Both the position numbers and the translations under genes were made by a program. Positions 25,815 through 39,637 of a stretch of DNA of 64,000 nucleotides are shown piece after piece. This stretch comes from Squalus acanthias. Lineage: Eukaryota. The stretch lies in NCBI GenBank assembly GCA_030390025.1, contig CM059438.1, positions 66,218,001 through 66,282,000 of the forward strand, read 5' to 3'. Under the pieces are notes generated by a model. It had not been told where the DNA came from, did not search any database, and saw only the letters and a program-made list of their open reading frames with translations. Every line of letters begins with the position of its first letter. The first letter of the stretch is position 1.

Positions 25815-27489
25815 ATAATGGCTAAAGTGGGCCATTTATTCTGTTTCTCTAAGGGTTGTCTCCACTCTTCCACTGAAGTTAAGTTGGAAGATCGGGAGAA
25901 ACCCACGCAAAGCCTCCCCATGTGAATCTTAGTGGAAGTCTGGAATTATGTCTGGTAACAAGAAAATGTTCATTGTTCATCTGGGTCACATTATTCCAGA
26001 TTACAAATGAGGGTTTGCAAATGAAAACAAAACATATTAACTGATCCTTCATCTTAGTGCTGTTTGTAGGATTCTGTGCACATATAATGGTGCCTCATTT
26101 GCCTACATAATAACAAACACTGCACTTCAATAATATTTTACTGTGCAAAGTGCACTGAGATGTTTCAATATTATTAGATGCAATGTCTATGTTAATTCAT
26201 TTTGTATTATTGGAAGACTTCTTATTGGAAAACACTGCTTTTTTAACAGTGATTGCAGTCTCAATTTTGAGAAAAACACCTTCATAGTGTGATTAATGAT
26301 GGTTTTGATAAATATAACGTGATATAAATTAGCGCGTTATGAATTTTTTTTAAGCAACTTCAACTGTATTTTCAATTCCACACTCCAAGGGGAGGAGCAC
26401 AAAGGAGTGATTATAAAGAACACAATCTAAATTTTATTCACTTATGACTCCTTAGCAACAAGATTAGCTGTTATGTTCAAATTTAAAACTGAGCTAGACA
26501 GCCCTTTAAATTTTCATCGTAATTCCTATTTTTTTTTTACTCTTTGGCCACCTGTTTTTCACACGTTGGGTGTCATGTACAGCATTGAGTGCAACAGTTG
26601 AAGATTCAGCCTGTGGCTTCTGAATTCCCTAATGCACAAATAAAATGGAGTTTCAGTGCAGCTTTTTTTTTTAAATTATAGCTGTAGTTAATAGTTGTGC
26701 AGTTGACTGATTTGCTTTTAATGAAATCTCATTTTCCCACTCTCCATAAAGTGCATGTGACACATTCCCAAAAGAATGCACCAGTCACCTCACAGATGTT
26801 GTTATCAGATTGTTTCATAAATCTCGCGCACAGCTTGGACTCCTGTGAGATTCCTGCTGCAACCACAACAGGTTATAAATGAGCGAAAATGCAGGGAATA
26901 AAAGAATGCGATTATTCCATTAAAATGAAATATTCAGTCACAGAACCCTGACAGTATCTGCCTCTACTGTGAAATCAGAAAGATGCCTGTTTGTTTCTAA
27001 CAAAACAATTTTACAGCCTTCAAGCCTTAACACTGATTCAACAACTTTAGGTCTTAACCATCGCTCCCACTCACTTTCGGGCAGCAGGTGCTGGTCATGG
27101 GGAATTGGCTGCATCAGAGCCACTGGGAGTGGAGGAGGTTGTGGCTGGTGCTTAGAATGGGGATCTCCTATTGGTACACGGCTAGTGGGGTGATCTGCAC
27201 ACTTGGGCCAGAATTTTCTGTACTTGGGCGGGTCGGGTGCGGGTGGTCGGCGTGGCGGATCGCGACCCTATTCCTCATTTCATTCCGCTCCTGAGATCGA
27301 ATTTCTCTTAATGGCGCCTATTAAGGGACTACCTGGCCCTATTAAATGGTGCGGGTCTGATGACGTCATCAATGATGTGTTTTCAGCCGGGATATTTAAA
27401 GCAGCCATGGCCACATTGCATTTGAAGGTTCATCTAGGAGTGTGCAGGCACTGCACTGGACCATTGGAGTGTTGGAAAGAGTGGCAAAC

Positions 27490-29310
27490 ATGACTGCACA
27501 GAGACAGAGGGCTGCACCCAGGTTCTCCGATGACTCCCTCCATATGCTTGTGGAGGGAGTGAGAGCACGCAGGGTGGTCCTCTTCTCTTCCGATTGGCAG
27601 AAGAGACCTCCCCAGGAGACAAAACGAGCCTGGCTGGAAATTGCAGAGGAGGTGAACAGCAGGGATGTGTTCAGGAGGACCTGGGTGCAGTGCCAGAAAT
27701 GCTTCAATGATCTCATTAGATCAAAAAAGGTGAGTTCAAAGCCACACTCACCTTCATCCTGCTGTGCCTCTCATCACATCCCCATCACCCTGCCTTCCCA
27801 ACCCTACTCCTGCACATCATTACTCACACCAAAATACCTTGCACGTCCACCCATCCCTCTCTCTCTATCTATATTATCACATCCCCATCTGACTAACCAC
27901 CCCTCACACTCACCCTCATCCTCATCTTAATGCAGTCATACCAACTAACAACACACAACAGGCCATTTGGCATTGCCACCCCACTGCATCATAGTCACCC
28001 TCTAAAGATGTAACCCATTCATTCCTTACATTCATTCCATCACTCTCACTCAACCTTCTCTTCTTTCCCTCCTTGCAGGGAAGAGAGCCCACAATAAGAG
28101 GGAGAGGGAGAGAACCGGAAGTGGCCCTCCATCATTGGCCACCTTAACAGCAGCAGAGGAGATTGCCCTGGAAGTATCGGGCGTCGCAGAGCAGTTGGAG
28201 GTGGGAGACGGAGAAAGGGGGACATCTCAGCAACCTGGTGACAGAATTACATATCATACAGCCACATGGCACACAGCAGTCACTCATATGGGGACTGATG
28301 TCAGCAGCCAGTGAATGTTCAGCATGTGCATAACAGTATCTGTACCCATTCTTGATATGACGTATCTAACTCATCTCTTTACTCTCCCACAGGTCCATCA
28401 AGAGCCCCCCCACCCACTGTCTAGGAGGAAGAGGAAGACGACTCCTCAGAGGAGCCTCCAGCTAGCACCAGCATAGATACACACATCTCTGTAGGTCGCA
28501 CGTGACATAGAGTAGTGTTGTCACCTGGTGTGTCACAAGTGAGCAAGAGCAGATGGTGGAGACAGGGACAACAGTGGAGACTCATTTCCGGAGGGCGCAG
28601 GACGCTCCCAGCTCTGTTCAGCTGCATGCAGACGCTGAGCCTCGGGGGCCATCCAGAAAGAGGGCGATCCTGGAGGTGCAGCAAGGAGTGCAGGAGGCTC
28701 TGACTGGTTTTGCGACTGCGATGCCTGCAAATGTGCAGAGAATGGAGGAGTCCATCTCCAACATAAGCACCACCGTTTCGCAGGCGATGGCGACTGTAGG
28801 CTCTTCCATGGAAAGGGTGGCCACTTGCATGGAGCAGCTAATGCACCACTCACATGAGCACCTGCTATCTATGGAGAACAGATGGCAGAGGCTCATAGAC
28901 CTCCTCTCTAGGAGGGATGTCAACATAGACTTGGGTCCTCATGGCCCCACTGCTGTGCAGCAAGGTGCTCTCCGGCTCCTTGCTAGCAGGGAAGTGCGGG
29001 TGGCCCATGAGAGGGATGATGGTTAGAGGGGACATGGAAGTGGAGGCTCCTCTCAAAACGCTCACATTTCTTCCCCGTTACAGCCCCCTCAGTCAGAGCC
29101 ACACACGCCTCCTGGGATCGCGCTGGCCGAGTCTGCCCCTGCACAGTCGCAGGAGGAGCAGACTTTGGCGGGGCCATCACAGGCTCCAAGACCCAGAGGA
29201 CGTTGCCAAAAGTGTCTATGCAGTCGCAGCAGGCTGCCTCTACCTCTGCTGAAGCCACAGGGGTAGCACCTCGTAGAAGCACGTGCAAGAGAAAGATGAA
29301 ACACAAGTAG
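27490..29310 (+). pseudogene. Harbinger Myb/SANT-like (trihelix) DNA-binding gene; exons 27490-27729, 28079-28237, 28393-29310
   Basis: RAAPRFSDDSLHMLVEGV..AWLEIAEEVNS..RTWVQCQKCFNDL; GT-AG introns; frameshifts and stops in exons 2-3. Confidence 0.87.
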
Positions 29311-29566
29311 ATGCACAAGGGTAAGCACTTGGGTGTTTTAATAACTGTTTGTGTAAAGTTTCCGTTACTCTAATGTCACAGATAAAAATATTTATTTTCA
29401 CCACTATGGCCAATTTTGTCTGCAACTTTGGAAGTGGCTTAGTGAGTTGGAGTGAATGTTGAGGCATAACAGTAACTCCAGCAATGGTGGTCAGTGTGAA
29501 AGGAATGGCTTGGTCATTGTAGGGATACTTTATGGTGTTGCTGTAGGGTGGTGTGAACCTGGTGCA

Positions 29567-30828
29567 TCATGTGACAGCCATATGGATGCAATGCGTGAAG
29601 TAAGCAAATTTGGCCATGATGAGGCCATCCTTGGCCTCCCGGGCAGCAATGTGCTCAGGTGCTGGTGGGATCTGTATCGCAGGTTCCTCCTGCTCTTCCT
29701 CCTCCTCGTCTTTTAGCTGATACTCCTTCTCCTCCTCCTCTGAAGAGGCTGTGCGCTCAGTGCCTTGCTCCTCATGCTGCGCTAATCCTCGCTGCTGTGC
29801 TATGTTGTGCAGGGCGCAGCAGAGCACAACGATTCTGGAGACCCTGGCTGGTGCATACTGAAGGCTTCCTCCAGATCTGTTAAGGTATCTGAAGCACATT
29901 TTCAGCATGCCTATTGTCTGCTCTATGACACATCTGGTGGAAATGTGGCTTTTGCTATATCCCTCCTCGGCCTCAGTACAAGCGTGTCATGAGCCATGTC
30001 TTCAGTGGAAATCCCTTGTCTCTAAGCAGCCAGCCAGAAAGTCTGTTTGGAGGAGCAAAAAGCTGAGGGAGGGTGGACTGACGAAGGACGAAAGAGTCAT
30101 GGCAGCTGCCAGGGAATTTGGTGCACACATGCATGATGATCTTCCTATGGTTGCAGACGAGTTGCACATTGAGGGAGTGGAAGCCCTTGCGGTTGACAAA
30201 GACTTCTGGGTGATGATGGGGTGCCCTGATGGCCACATGTGTGCAGTCGATGACGCCCTGCACCTGTGGGAAGCCAGCCAGAGCGGCAAAGCTGAGCGCC
30301 CGCTCAGTAACACTGGCTTTATCAGTGGCAAAGTTGATATAATTGGCTGACTTGTCAAACAGGGCATCAGTGACCTGTGTGATGCATCTGAGGGCGGCCG
30401 ACTGCGAGATGCCGCAAATGTCTGCTGCAGATGCCTGGAAGGAGCCTGAAGTGAAGAAGTTGAGGGTGCTGGTGTCTTTGACAGCCACTGGTAAGGCATG
30501 TCCACCCACTCCTCTGGGCTGCAGGTATTGCTCCAGCAATCCGCAAATGTCTGTGACAACCTGGTGCGATACTCTGAGCCTCCTTTGGCACTGCTGCTCA
30601 GTCATGTTGAGGAAGCTCATCCTCTGCCTGTATACCCTGTGTTGGGGTATCGCCTCTGACGTGGGGCAGCCCTGCGCTGAGGCCCTCTGTCCTGCGCAGC
30701 ATCAGGTGGTTGAGGAGAAGGTTGGTGCTGTTTTTGTTGGTGCTGATGGTGTGCCTGGTGCTGCTGGTGTTGAGGCTCATCGTGGTCCGATTCTGAGGAC
30801 CAAGGTGGGACAGTATAAATGGCACCAT
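29567..30828 (-). pseudogene. Harbinger transposase (frameshifted)
   Basis: [25 protein letters not shown]; split across several ORFs. Confidence 0.92.
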
Positions 30829-31676
30829 TGCTGATGGAATAGATGGCAGGTCAAGTAGAGATGAAAGAAGCAATCTGTTAATGGTGTGATAGGTTCTACC
30901 AATGAGGTGACAGTAGATCCCGACTTTGCTGAAAACACTTGCAACCTCTAGAAAGCTAAATCTGTTCTGACAATGCAATCAGCAACAGCATCTGCCTGAG
31001 GAAAGTAACCAGGTATCAGGTAGAGTATTTATTGTGCTTTCCATGCTGTGCACTAATGAGTTCCATCAATGGCCACTGAACTTTCGCCTTAGGTTCACAG
31101 ACACGCTTCCCGAGCTGCGTGATTCCCGTGCTCACCCAGGGAAATTTGAATGGTAGGGTTAAAAAGACACTTAAGGGTCTGAAAAGTACCTCATAATCAT
31201 CTGAATGAGCTCGGCCACCTCTGCCGTTCAGGTCGCGGCCGCACTGGCAAACATGCCCGAGTGAAAGGTGCATGGAGGCGGGATGACAGCAGGTTCCCGA
31301 CAACGTTCACTCCCGACCCGCCTCCAATCGCACCTGCACGGACGCAAGAAAATTCCGTCCTTGGCGACTACCTGCCTTTCTTCCACCACATTCCTGAGCC
31401 TTGGCAACCCACTCCGCTCTGCCAGATTTTCCATGCTTCCCTCCCCTTCTGCTAATCTGCTGTAAACATTTATGATGTAAGAAAACTACTAGGCACTTGG
31501 TCTAAGCGTTAAACAAAGCTTTAATCAACTGTTTTTCAACATGGAGATCTAGTTGTGTCCTTCACTAGTTCCTGTTAAGAATGTCCTGCACAAGCTGGGC
31601 CCGTGCCCGAGTATTTATACTCTCCCTGGACAGCACCACCCGCAGGCCACTCTGTATTATTTCATAAGTCTTTATG

Positions 31677-32020
31677 ACAGATTTATGTCAATTTACACTT
31701 CCTCTGGACCCATCTTTTGTTTCTTTACTTGTCCCATTGTTACCCCTTTTGCCTTGAACCCTCATGACTTTTGTCACTCCTACCTTCCACCCTGTTTGGT
31801 TCCTCCCAGACCTCTCCCATTTTTTACTTTCCTTGCCCCCTCCCCCTCCCCCATTTTCCTGGCTCTGTATTTGCTTAAACATTGTTAACCTCTAACATCC
31901 TCCAGTTCTGATGAAAGGTCATCGATCTAAAATTTTAACTCTGTTTCTCTCTCCACCGATGTTGCCCAACCTGATGAGTGTTGTCACCATTTTCTGGGTT
32001 CATTTCAGATTTTCTAACCT
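31677..32020 (+). mobile_element. Penelope 3' UTR/pLTR fragment
   Basis: CCAGTTCTGATGAAAGGTCATCGATCT; degenerate hammerhead. Confidence 0.8.
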
Positions 32021-32128
32021 CTTTCTCTCCCGTCACTATTTCTTGCTGGGCACAGCGCCCCAAGTGTCAGTCATCCTCCAATACCTCACTGCCAGTGGCA
32101 AATCTTCAACGCCGAACCCAAACGTTTG

Positions 32129-32750
32129 GGTCTGGATTTTGAAGTTTCAGACCCGCCCGGTAGACTGTGGGAAACACGGAAGTCCAGGGTTCCCCACACG
32201 CTGTGGAGTTTAAACTCTGCAGCCTGTGTGTGACATTGTGGGCAGGTTTCCCCCTCCCCCCTCCGGGTCGTCAGCCTGATTGACAGGCTGGCTTCCAGTC
32301 GGGCGGGGAACACTGGCTGGACAGGTTGCCGCAGCAACAGGCAGGGGCGGAGTCCAGCGGGTGGGGTTCCAAACCCGACGGGGGGGGGGAGGTGGTGGGG
32401 TGCCTGACCCGGGGGGCGGGGGGAGGGTCCGATCCCTGACATCGGGGATGAGCACTCCTGCTCCTCCCAGCCCACAAGGATTGCTCCCCGAGCCTGCGCT
32501 CGCCTCGCTGCAGCTTCTGGGAGTCGCGAGGCACAGGATTCCCGGCCGGCTGCAGTTAAATCTGCTCAGCAGGTTAAAGCAGAGGCCTCAGGGCCTCATT
32601 ATTATACTTAAAATACCAACCCGCCTCCTGGCTATTCAACCTCCGTCCCGCCTGAGTAAAAGTTGTAAGTGGGCGGGTTGGGATCGGGATTTAGATTTTT
32701 TTAAATTTTAACTACCCCCATGCTCCTAACCCCATGTTAGAATTCCCCCC
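32129..32750. mobile_element. Harbinger-type MITE
   Basis: Ends GGTCTGGATTTT / TAGAATTCCCCCC; TTG TSD. Confidence 0.7.
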
Positions 32751-32936
32751 TTGGTGTTAGCAGGCTGTTTCACTGAGGATATTCCAGCCAAGCCGAGACC
32801 CAGACTCGCCTGACATCAGCACAGGCTTGTATTAGTGAGAGTTGGTTTCTCCACTCTCCACCACAGCGGCACTGAGTCCTGTTGTAGTGTCCCAGGTACT
32901 GGCCTGGCTGAGATCAGGTTGAGGTGGGGATGGGGG

Positions 32937-33123
32937 GAGGGTAATTTTAACCTAACCCGCTCGGCAGGAAACTGACTGGATCGGATAGGCCGCCCACTTT
33001 GCACCCTGACCGATTTCACCTTCCACTGATGACAATGAAAGTAAAAGCGAGCTTGGTATAAAATGGGCAGCTGATCGGATCTCACGAGTTTCTCACCGGA
33101 CGGGTTAGTTTAAAATTACCCTC
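32937..33123. mobile_element. Short MITE (Harbinger-like TIR)
   Basis: 23-bp TIR GAGGGTAATTTTAACCTAACCCG with 1 mismatch. Confidence 0.8.
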
Positions 33124-33281
33124 TCCCCCCCCGCCCCCTCAACTGACTTAACGCCAGCCATGAAACACATTAAGATCTTCTGCCCTCTTCTTCTTAGACA
33201 GTTCCTTGGAACCGAGGATGACTTGCTTCCACATTAAAAATGAGTTCTCAGGTGACTGATGAGTCCATTGCGGGACCTACA

Positions 33282-33997
33282 GGGTTGGATTTTCATTGAC
33301 CCGTGGAGGTGGGTTTGGAGGCGTGTGGGGAGTTAAAATTGCGAAAACTGGTGGGCGGGCACAAGCCTGCCTCCATCCCGCCTCCACGCAATTTTCATTA
33401 AATCGTGTCTGCTGGTCCCGACTCCGTCCCGCCTCTAAGAGGCGGGATAGGCTGTTAAGGCCCTTAACAAACACTAATTTGCCTCTATAATGCCATTTTG
33501 AAAGGCTTTTGTGATTTTAACCCTTTTTCTACGTGAAGTACGCCTATTCTGAATCACGAATGTGAAACCTGGCGGGGAGCACATTTGGCTGGATGGATGG
33601 ATGGATGGATGGATGGATGGATGGATGGATGGATGGCTGGATGGATGGATGGCTGGATGGATGGCTGGATGGATGGCTGGATGGATGGCTGGATGGATGG
33701 ATGGATGGATGTTTGGATGGATACTTAGGGCTGCCGCTGCTCATTTTGCATCCAGGTCCTCTCACAGCAAAGGCCAGGCAGTCTCTGAAGACCTTCAATG
33801 CAGCAGCAATGATGACATCATCAGAGGCGACTTTCAGACTGAAAACACTAATTGGTTCATGGGTTCCCACATGCTGGAACTCAATTGCCCAATTAGGTGA
33901 AAATTGCATCAATCTCCCACATCCAATTGCAGTCAGGTGGATAACACGAAAAGTGGATGACACGACCCCAACCCGCCCCAGTATCAAAATCCAGCCC
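33282..33997. mobile_element. Harbinger-type MITE
   Basis: TIR GGGTTGGATTTT / AAAATCCAGCCC; ACA TSD. Confidence 0.88.
33587..33721. repeat. (GGAT)n/(GGCT) compound microsatellite
   Basis: Directly visible tetranucleotide array inside the MITE. Confidence 0.98.
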
Positions 33998-34811
33998 ACA
34001 GTCTCTGTCACAAGTGGGGCAGACAGTGGTGGGGTGCTCGGGTTGACGTGCGCTCCTTGCGCTTGGCTTCCGCTTGCTCCCGGCGAAGAGACTCTAGGTC
34101 TTCGGCACCTTCTCTGATGCTTCTCCTCCACTTTGTGCAGGTCTTGGGCCAGGGACAACTTAGGACTGTACTGCTTACCCACTGTGACTAAGCCATTAGG
34201 GACCTTGAAGCTGTAAGATTGTTAGGGTGAGACGAAATAAAATAATTTACATGGGTTATGAGTGAGGTGTTTTAACAATTTGTTCTGTTTTAGAATTGAA
34301 CCTAGTTCAGCAGGATTGACTGTCCTATCAAGCTGTAACAATGGACACAGAAGGAAATTAATGAGTTAAGGAATTATCTTAACAAGCAAAATATGCTGTG
34401 TAAAACGTGCAACACTAATATTAGTTAGAGCTCAGCTGTATGTAATGCTTTTGCACAGTATCCACTGGTTATGAAAGGTCCGAAAGTTAGTTGGACACTG
34501 CACACCAGTATTCCAAGTGCATCAGACTGATATTGCTTTACTTTACACAGTGGTCAAAATGGTCCCGGCCAGCAATATTTTTGTTTTATTCATTGGATGT
34601 GGGTGTCGCTGGTAAGGCCAGTATTTATTGCCTTCCGGACTTGCAGATCGACAAGATTCAGAGTGAGACTCAGCTGGAGAGTGTCCACAGCATTCATCAC
34701 AAGGTAAATAGCTGAGTTGAGGTGAATGGTCCTCAGGCACATCGGGTCACGACTTAAAGTAGCCTGATTTGAATTTGGAAAGAGCTCATAAACTGAGAAT
34801 TCTAAGAAAGA

Positions 34812-35261
34812 AAGACTTACGTTTATGTAGCGCCTTTCATGACCACCAGACATCTCAAAGCACTTTAAAGCCAATGAAGTAAAGTCACTGTTGTAATGTT
34901 GGAAACACAGCAGCCAATTTGCGCACAGCAAGCTCCCACAAACAGCTATGCAATACTGACCAGATAATCTATTTTTAGTGGTGTTGATTGAGGGATAAAT
35001 ATTGGCCAGGACACCGCAGATAATTCCCCTGCTCTGCTTCGAAATAGCGCCTTGGGATCTTTTACATGCACCTGAGAGAGCAGAAGGGGCCTCGGTTTAA
35101 CATCTCAGCCAAAAGACAGCACCTCAGACAGTGCAGCACTCCCTCAGCACTGCACTGGAGTGTTAGCCTAGATTTATGTGTTCAAGTCCCTAGTGTAGGA
35201 TTTGAACCCACAACCTTCTGACTCAGAGGCGAGTGTGCTGCCCACTGAGCCATGGCTGACA
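34812..35261 (-). mobile_element. Deu-domain SINE (SacSINE1-like), full length
   Basis: Complete family layout including the tRNA-like head. Confidence 0.9.
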
Positions 35262-38081
35262 CTGGTGCAAAAGTGCAACAGTTAGAGAGAGGAGGTATAT
35301 GTTTGAAACCATACACATAATCATGTAACTGTGCTTACGAAAGGAAAGGAATAAACAGATCAGCTGTGAGTAATAATTATTTTTCCTAATGTCTCCATTT
35401 CAGGTAATCTCGCACGACTTGTTTAAGTTAATTTTATTTTTATTCTTTGCTGCCATTTTCCTTCCAATTACTGTAAATAGAATGGAGGGAAAAAAAGTGT
35501 TTTAACTAAGTTATTTCTTACTGAAACCATATTTGAGATTGATTGGTCACGGCTTGGGGAATCATGGATGTACATATTCATGCCTTACCACTTTAGTCAG
35601 CTATATCAATATATCCCTTGTTCATGTACATAAATAGTTATAACCAAAAATCCTACCTTGTGGAAGCAAATTAGGTTTCAAACTTTTGTCTTCGATCTTT
35701 CATTAATTATCCATGTTTCTTATTGACGTTGTGCCATGTTGCGCTACAGACTTGCCATAAAGTAGCTTACAACTGATGGCCTCCAGCAGCAAGCATCTTC
35801 ATAAGGTCTGGTATAAATTGGCTTTTTTTCTCCATCCTGGTCGCCACTTTGTGCAAGTGGCCATTTTATGAAGTATCACGAGACGCTCTGAAATGTTTCT
35901 AGTTATCTTGAGAGGGGGGCATGTTGTATTAAGACAGAGTGACGTGTAAATGCTGTGATATACATTTTGCTTTGATATTTCAAAATTGTTCGTGCATCAC
36001 CTTTCCCTCACTAAAATATTGCCTTGCATCTCCAGACCTTTGCTCCCAAATTTTCAGCAAATATAATGTTACATATCTTACTTGAAATGCTGAGTCTTTA
36101 CTGAAGGTCTCAAAACTGCTGCTTCACATCAATTAGCAGCAACTCAGTCTTTCCACCTGAAGTTTCAACTCAATTGTAATCTCACATAACAATGTCTCAG
36201 CTCAGTGCTTCTACCGAACGTAGCATATCAATGCAAAATGTATATCACTCAAGATGTGAAGACTGGAACAACACTGGGTCTAATTTCAGCCTGTGAGATT
36301 GCACAGTGATAGCAAAAATAAATGTTCATAATTATGAGCCACATAAAACTCACTGGTGGTCCCAATTATATTTCCAGATGAAATAAATGCAATTAATAGT
36401 TATCCTTTTACTAAAAAGATACTGCATGCTTAGAAATGTGTCGTTACATTCATTGATCTAATTGAAAAATTATAATTGGTATCATAAATGTATAGAATCT
36501 GATATTTGAAAATAATATATGATAGGATTTGAGTGCCTGCTCTGAAGCTATAAATTACTCTTGGGATTCAAAGGGGAATAAAAAAGAAGTGACTTTTAGC
36601 GGTGTTACCACAACCTCAGTATTGTACCATTGGAAACCAGGATCTTTTTGATTTTAATCCCTTAGAACTGTGGTTTTTACACAGATGGAATTGGGTCGCT
36701 AGATATTAGTGAAACATAGTTAATTCCCAAGCATGCAGCAGCAAAGCCATTTTGAGGGCGGTGCCTCTCTTAAAAGAACCTGGGTTTGTTAAGTTACTTA
36801 ACATTGTACACATAGAAAACTTACGAAGTATGGACAAAATTAATCAATTTTTGTCGCGGTGGAGTGCGTTCATAAGCCGAGGGAGGGCTTGTTCAGACTA
36901 GTAGTTGGGGGTAGGGAGGCACTCAGCGGTCACTGTGCACAGTACATTTCAAGGAATTTTTTTCTGTGCCACAGGAATCCCTGGGCTTTCTGTGACCCTT
37001 GTGTGCATTGCCATAAATATGACTGTACTGCACTTAGAATAACCTCTTACTGTTTCTATAGTTATCACTAACCAGCTGCCTTGCTCCGTAGGGTCCAGAT
37101 ATTTGAAAGAACATGCCTTCTAGGCTTTGATGCAAACCGTAAAGATTAAGTTAAGGTGGCTCGGCATTCCGTACTTGTTCATCTCGGAATGAAGATCGCC
37201 ACTGACTTAAAGGGCCATGTTCACCTGCTAACCAACTGAATGCACGTTACCAGGTTTGAAAAGTAAGATGTGCTCGATGATGGCATTGGTGGTCAGTGTC
37301 AACAAATGAAACTTGTTCACTGTGGCTGATCTTCTGATGACTCAATCTATCCAGTGAACAAATGAGCCGTACAGACCAGGTCCATTCCACAGTCTGTGCT
37401 GAGTTAGTGGATCTCAGTCAGGACAGCAGTAGGTGCATTTACATTTGGCCTTGGCTAACCTGGGTTTGGTAGAGGAAAATCGTCCAGGATTCCTGCTTCT
37501 CATTACTATCCAGCCGGAAGGGTATGTGTGCATGAATATTTGGTGAGGCTTGATTGCGTTGTCCTCTGCGGTTTGCTGGCTCTCCCTGTTGGGGCTCACA
37601 AAATAATAGTGGCTTTTATGGATGAGGTTACCTGAAGGCAAGTAGCACCTATGGCACTGTACCTCAGAAAACAGCAGAATCTTCAGAAGAGGTAAGGAGG
37701 GGAAAAAAACATTTCATCTACAGTGTGAACCTGCCCCAACAACAACAATAACGTGCCTCCCTACCCCCCAATTGCTGAACTGGACAAGCCCTCCCTTAGT
37801 TTATGGACGCACTCCACTGCGACAAAGCTGCCCCAACACCAACATTGCTGGCATGGACTGGTTGGGCCAAATGTCCTGTTTCTGGGCTGTATATTCTATG
37901 TAATGGTAGAATTGTAATGGTGTTCCCCGAGCTGGCTGTTTCCAGAACTGAGGGTTGCGTGAAAAATTGATTTGCTTACGAAGATAAAATCCAAGCAGCA
38001 CCTGCTGTCCCATAATTAACTGGCAGGTCTTTGCCCTGCTCCAACACAAAGCCGAGGTGTCACAAAACTCAAACCCTGATC

Positions 38082-38630
38082 CAAAATAAAAACAGAAAAT
38101 GCTGGAAATACTCAGCAGGTCAGGCAGCATCTGTGGAGAGAGAAACAGAGTTAACGTTTCATTTCGGTGACCCTTCGTCAGAACTGGATAAAGTTAGAGA
38201 TGTTACAGTTTTTAAGCAAGTACAGAGACAGGGAAAGGTGGGTGGGGGGAGGAAATAACAAAAGGGAAGGTCTGTGATTGGGTGGAAGGCAGGAGTAATT
38301 AAATGCCAACAGGGATGATGGTGCAAGGCAAAAGGGGGAGGTAATGGGACAAGTAAAGAAGCAAAAGATGGGTCGAGAGGATCTGTAAATGGCAACAGCA
38401 GAATCATTACCAGTACCTACTGTCTGAAAAAATTAGAGCAGTGGTTATGATCAAAATTGTTAAATTTGATGCTGAGTCTGGAAGGTTGTAAATTGCCTAA
38501 TCAAAAGATGAGGTGCTGTTCCTTGAGCTTCCGTTGAGCTTCATTAGAACAGTGTATGAGGCCAACGACAGTGAGGTCAGAGTGGGAGATAGATGGAGAA
38601 TTAAAATGGCAAGCGACTGGAAGCTCAGGG
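38082..38630 (-). mobile_element. Penelope 3' end (endonuclease C-terminal tail plus pLTR)
   Basis: ..EAQRKLKEQHLIF*LGNLQPSRLSIKFNNF; hammerhead core CTGACGA..GAAACGTT. Confidence 0.85.
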
Positions 38631-39009
38631 TGCCTTGTGTTTCAGTGACGCATGGATTGTTGAGACTGCGTGCGAATCTCCTGCCTACCCCAACACTCTC
38701 GAACTTTAAAATGGCAGTTCACAGATTATCATAAATAGATTTTTTGCAATGGTAGAATGTCACTGTTGAGTTAGTTTGAGACTTGTTTCCAAATCTGCAT
38801 GACAGTGACTGTAAAAGACAAAATGGAGGATGAACATGAGAGATGTCAGGCCTAGGCTTGGAGTACTATCCATTTACAGTAAGCATCTAATTTCTCTGGT
38901 CAGATCTAACATGAATCTGATACAGGATTCAACTAACTGCAAGTTTCTCAACAACGTGGCTAAACTCCCATTTTTTTCAAATAAAGGAAGAACTTATGTT
39001 CATATACCT

Positions 39010-39375
39010 AGAATTACATAGAACGTACAGCACAGAAACAGGCCATTCTACCCAACTGGTCCATGTTACTATTTATGCTCCACACAAACCTTCTCCCACC
39101 CCTCTTCGCCTAACCCTTTCAGCATAACCTTCTATTCCTTTCTCCCTCATGTGTTTATCTAGCTTCCTCTTAAATCCATCTCTACTATTCGCTTCAACTA
39201 CTCCTTGTGGTAGCGAGTTCCACATTCTAACCACTCTCTAGGTAAAGAAGTTTCTCCTGAGCTCCCTATTGGATTTATTAGTGACTGTCTTATATTTATG
39301 GCCCCTAGTTTTGCTCTCCTCCGCAAGTGTAAATATATTCTCTAGGTTTTCCCTATCAAGCCCTTTCCTAATCTT
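39010..39375 (-). mobile_element. CR1 3' end
   Basis: CACAGAAACAGGCCATTC tail; RNFFT.RVVRMWNSL. Confidence 0.8.
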
Positions 39376-39637
39376 TTCTAGTGCCTTTCACATCCTCAGG
39401 ACGTCCCAAGATGCTTAAAAGCCATGAATTATTTTTCATGTATAGTCCAATTTGTGCATAGTGAGATCCCACAAACAGCAATGAGGTGCATGACCTGTTT
39501 TAGTGGTGCTGGTTGAGGGAGGAGTGTTGGCCAAGATTGCACTCCTTGACAGTCCCTTGATAGTAATTTTCGGCTGGTCATAATGAAATAATTAAATGCA
39601 CATCTCTAATGTAGTATGCAGCAGTTCCTTATTAAAG

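Larger units (their letters stand above)
27206..31360 (-). mobile_element. Full-length decayed Harbinger element C
   Basis: TIR GGCCAGAATTTTC / GAAAATTCCGTCC; TTG TSD; convergent Myb and transposase genes. Confidence 0.92.
33185..34170 (-). mobile_element. RTE-like LINE 3' fragment interrupted by a MITE
   Basis: TTCTTCTT..GAGGATGACTTGCTTCCAC tail; sequence resumes at 34001 after the MITE. Confidence 0.55.

Noticed and set aside
33544..34182. Repetitive ORFs (MDGW/HPSI repeats)
   Set aside because: Translations of the GGAT microsatellite
36302..36340. CACAGTG as a V(D)J recombination signal
   Set aside because: No nonamer at 12/23 spacing and no Ig/TCR segments seen
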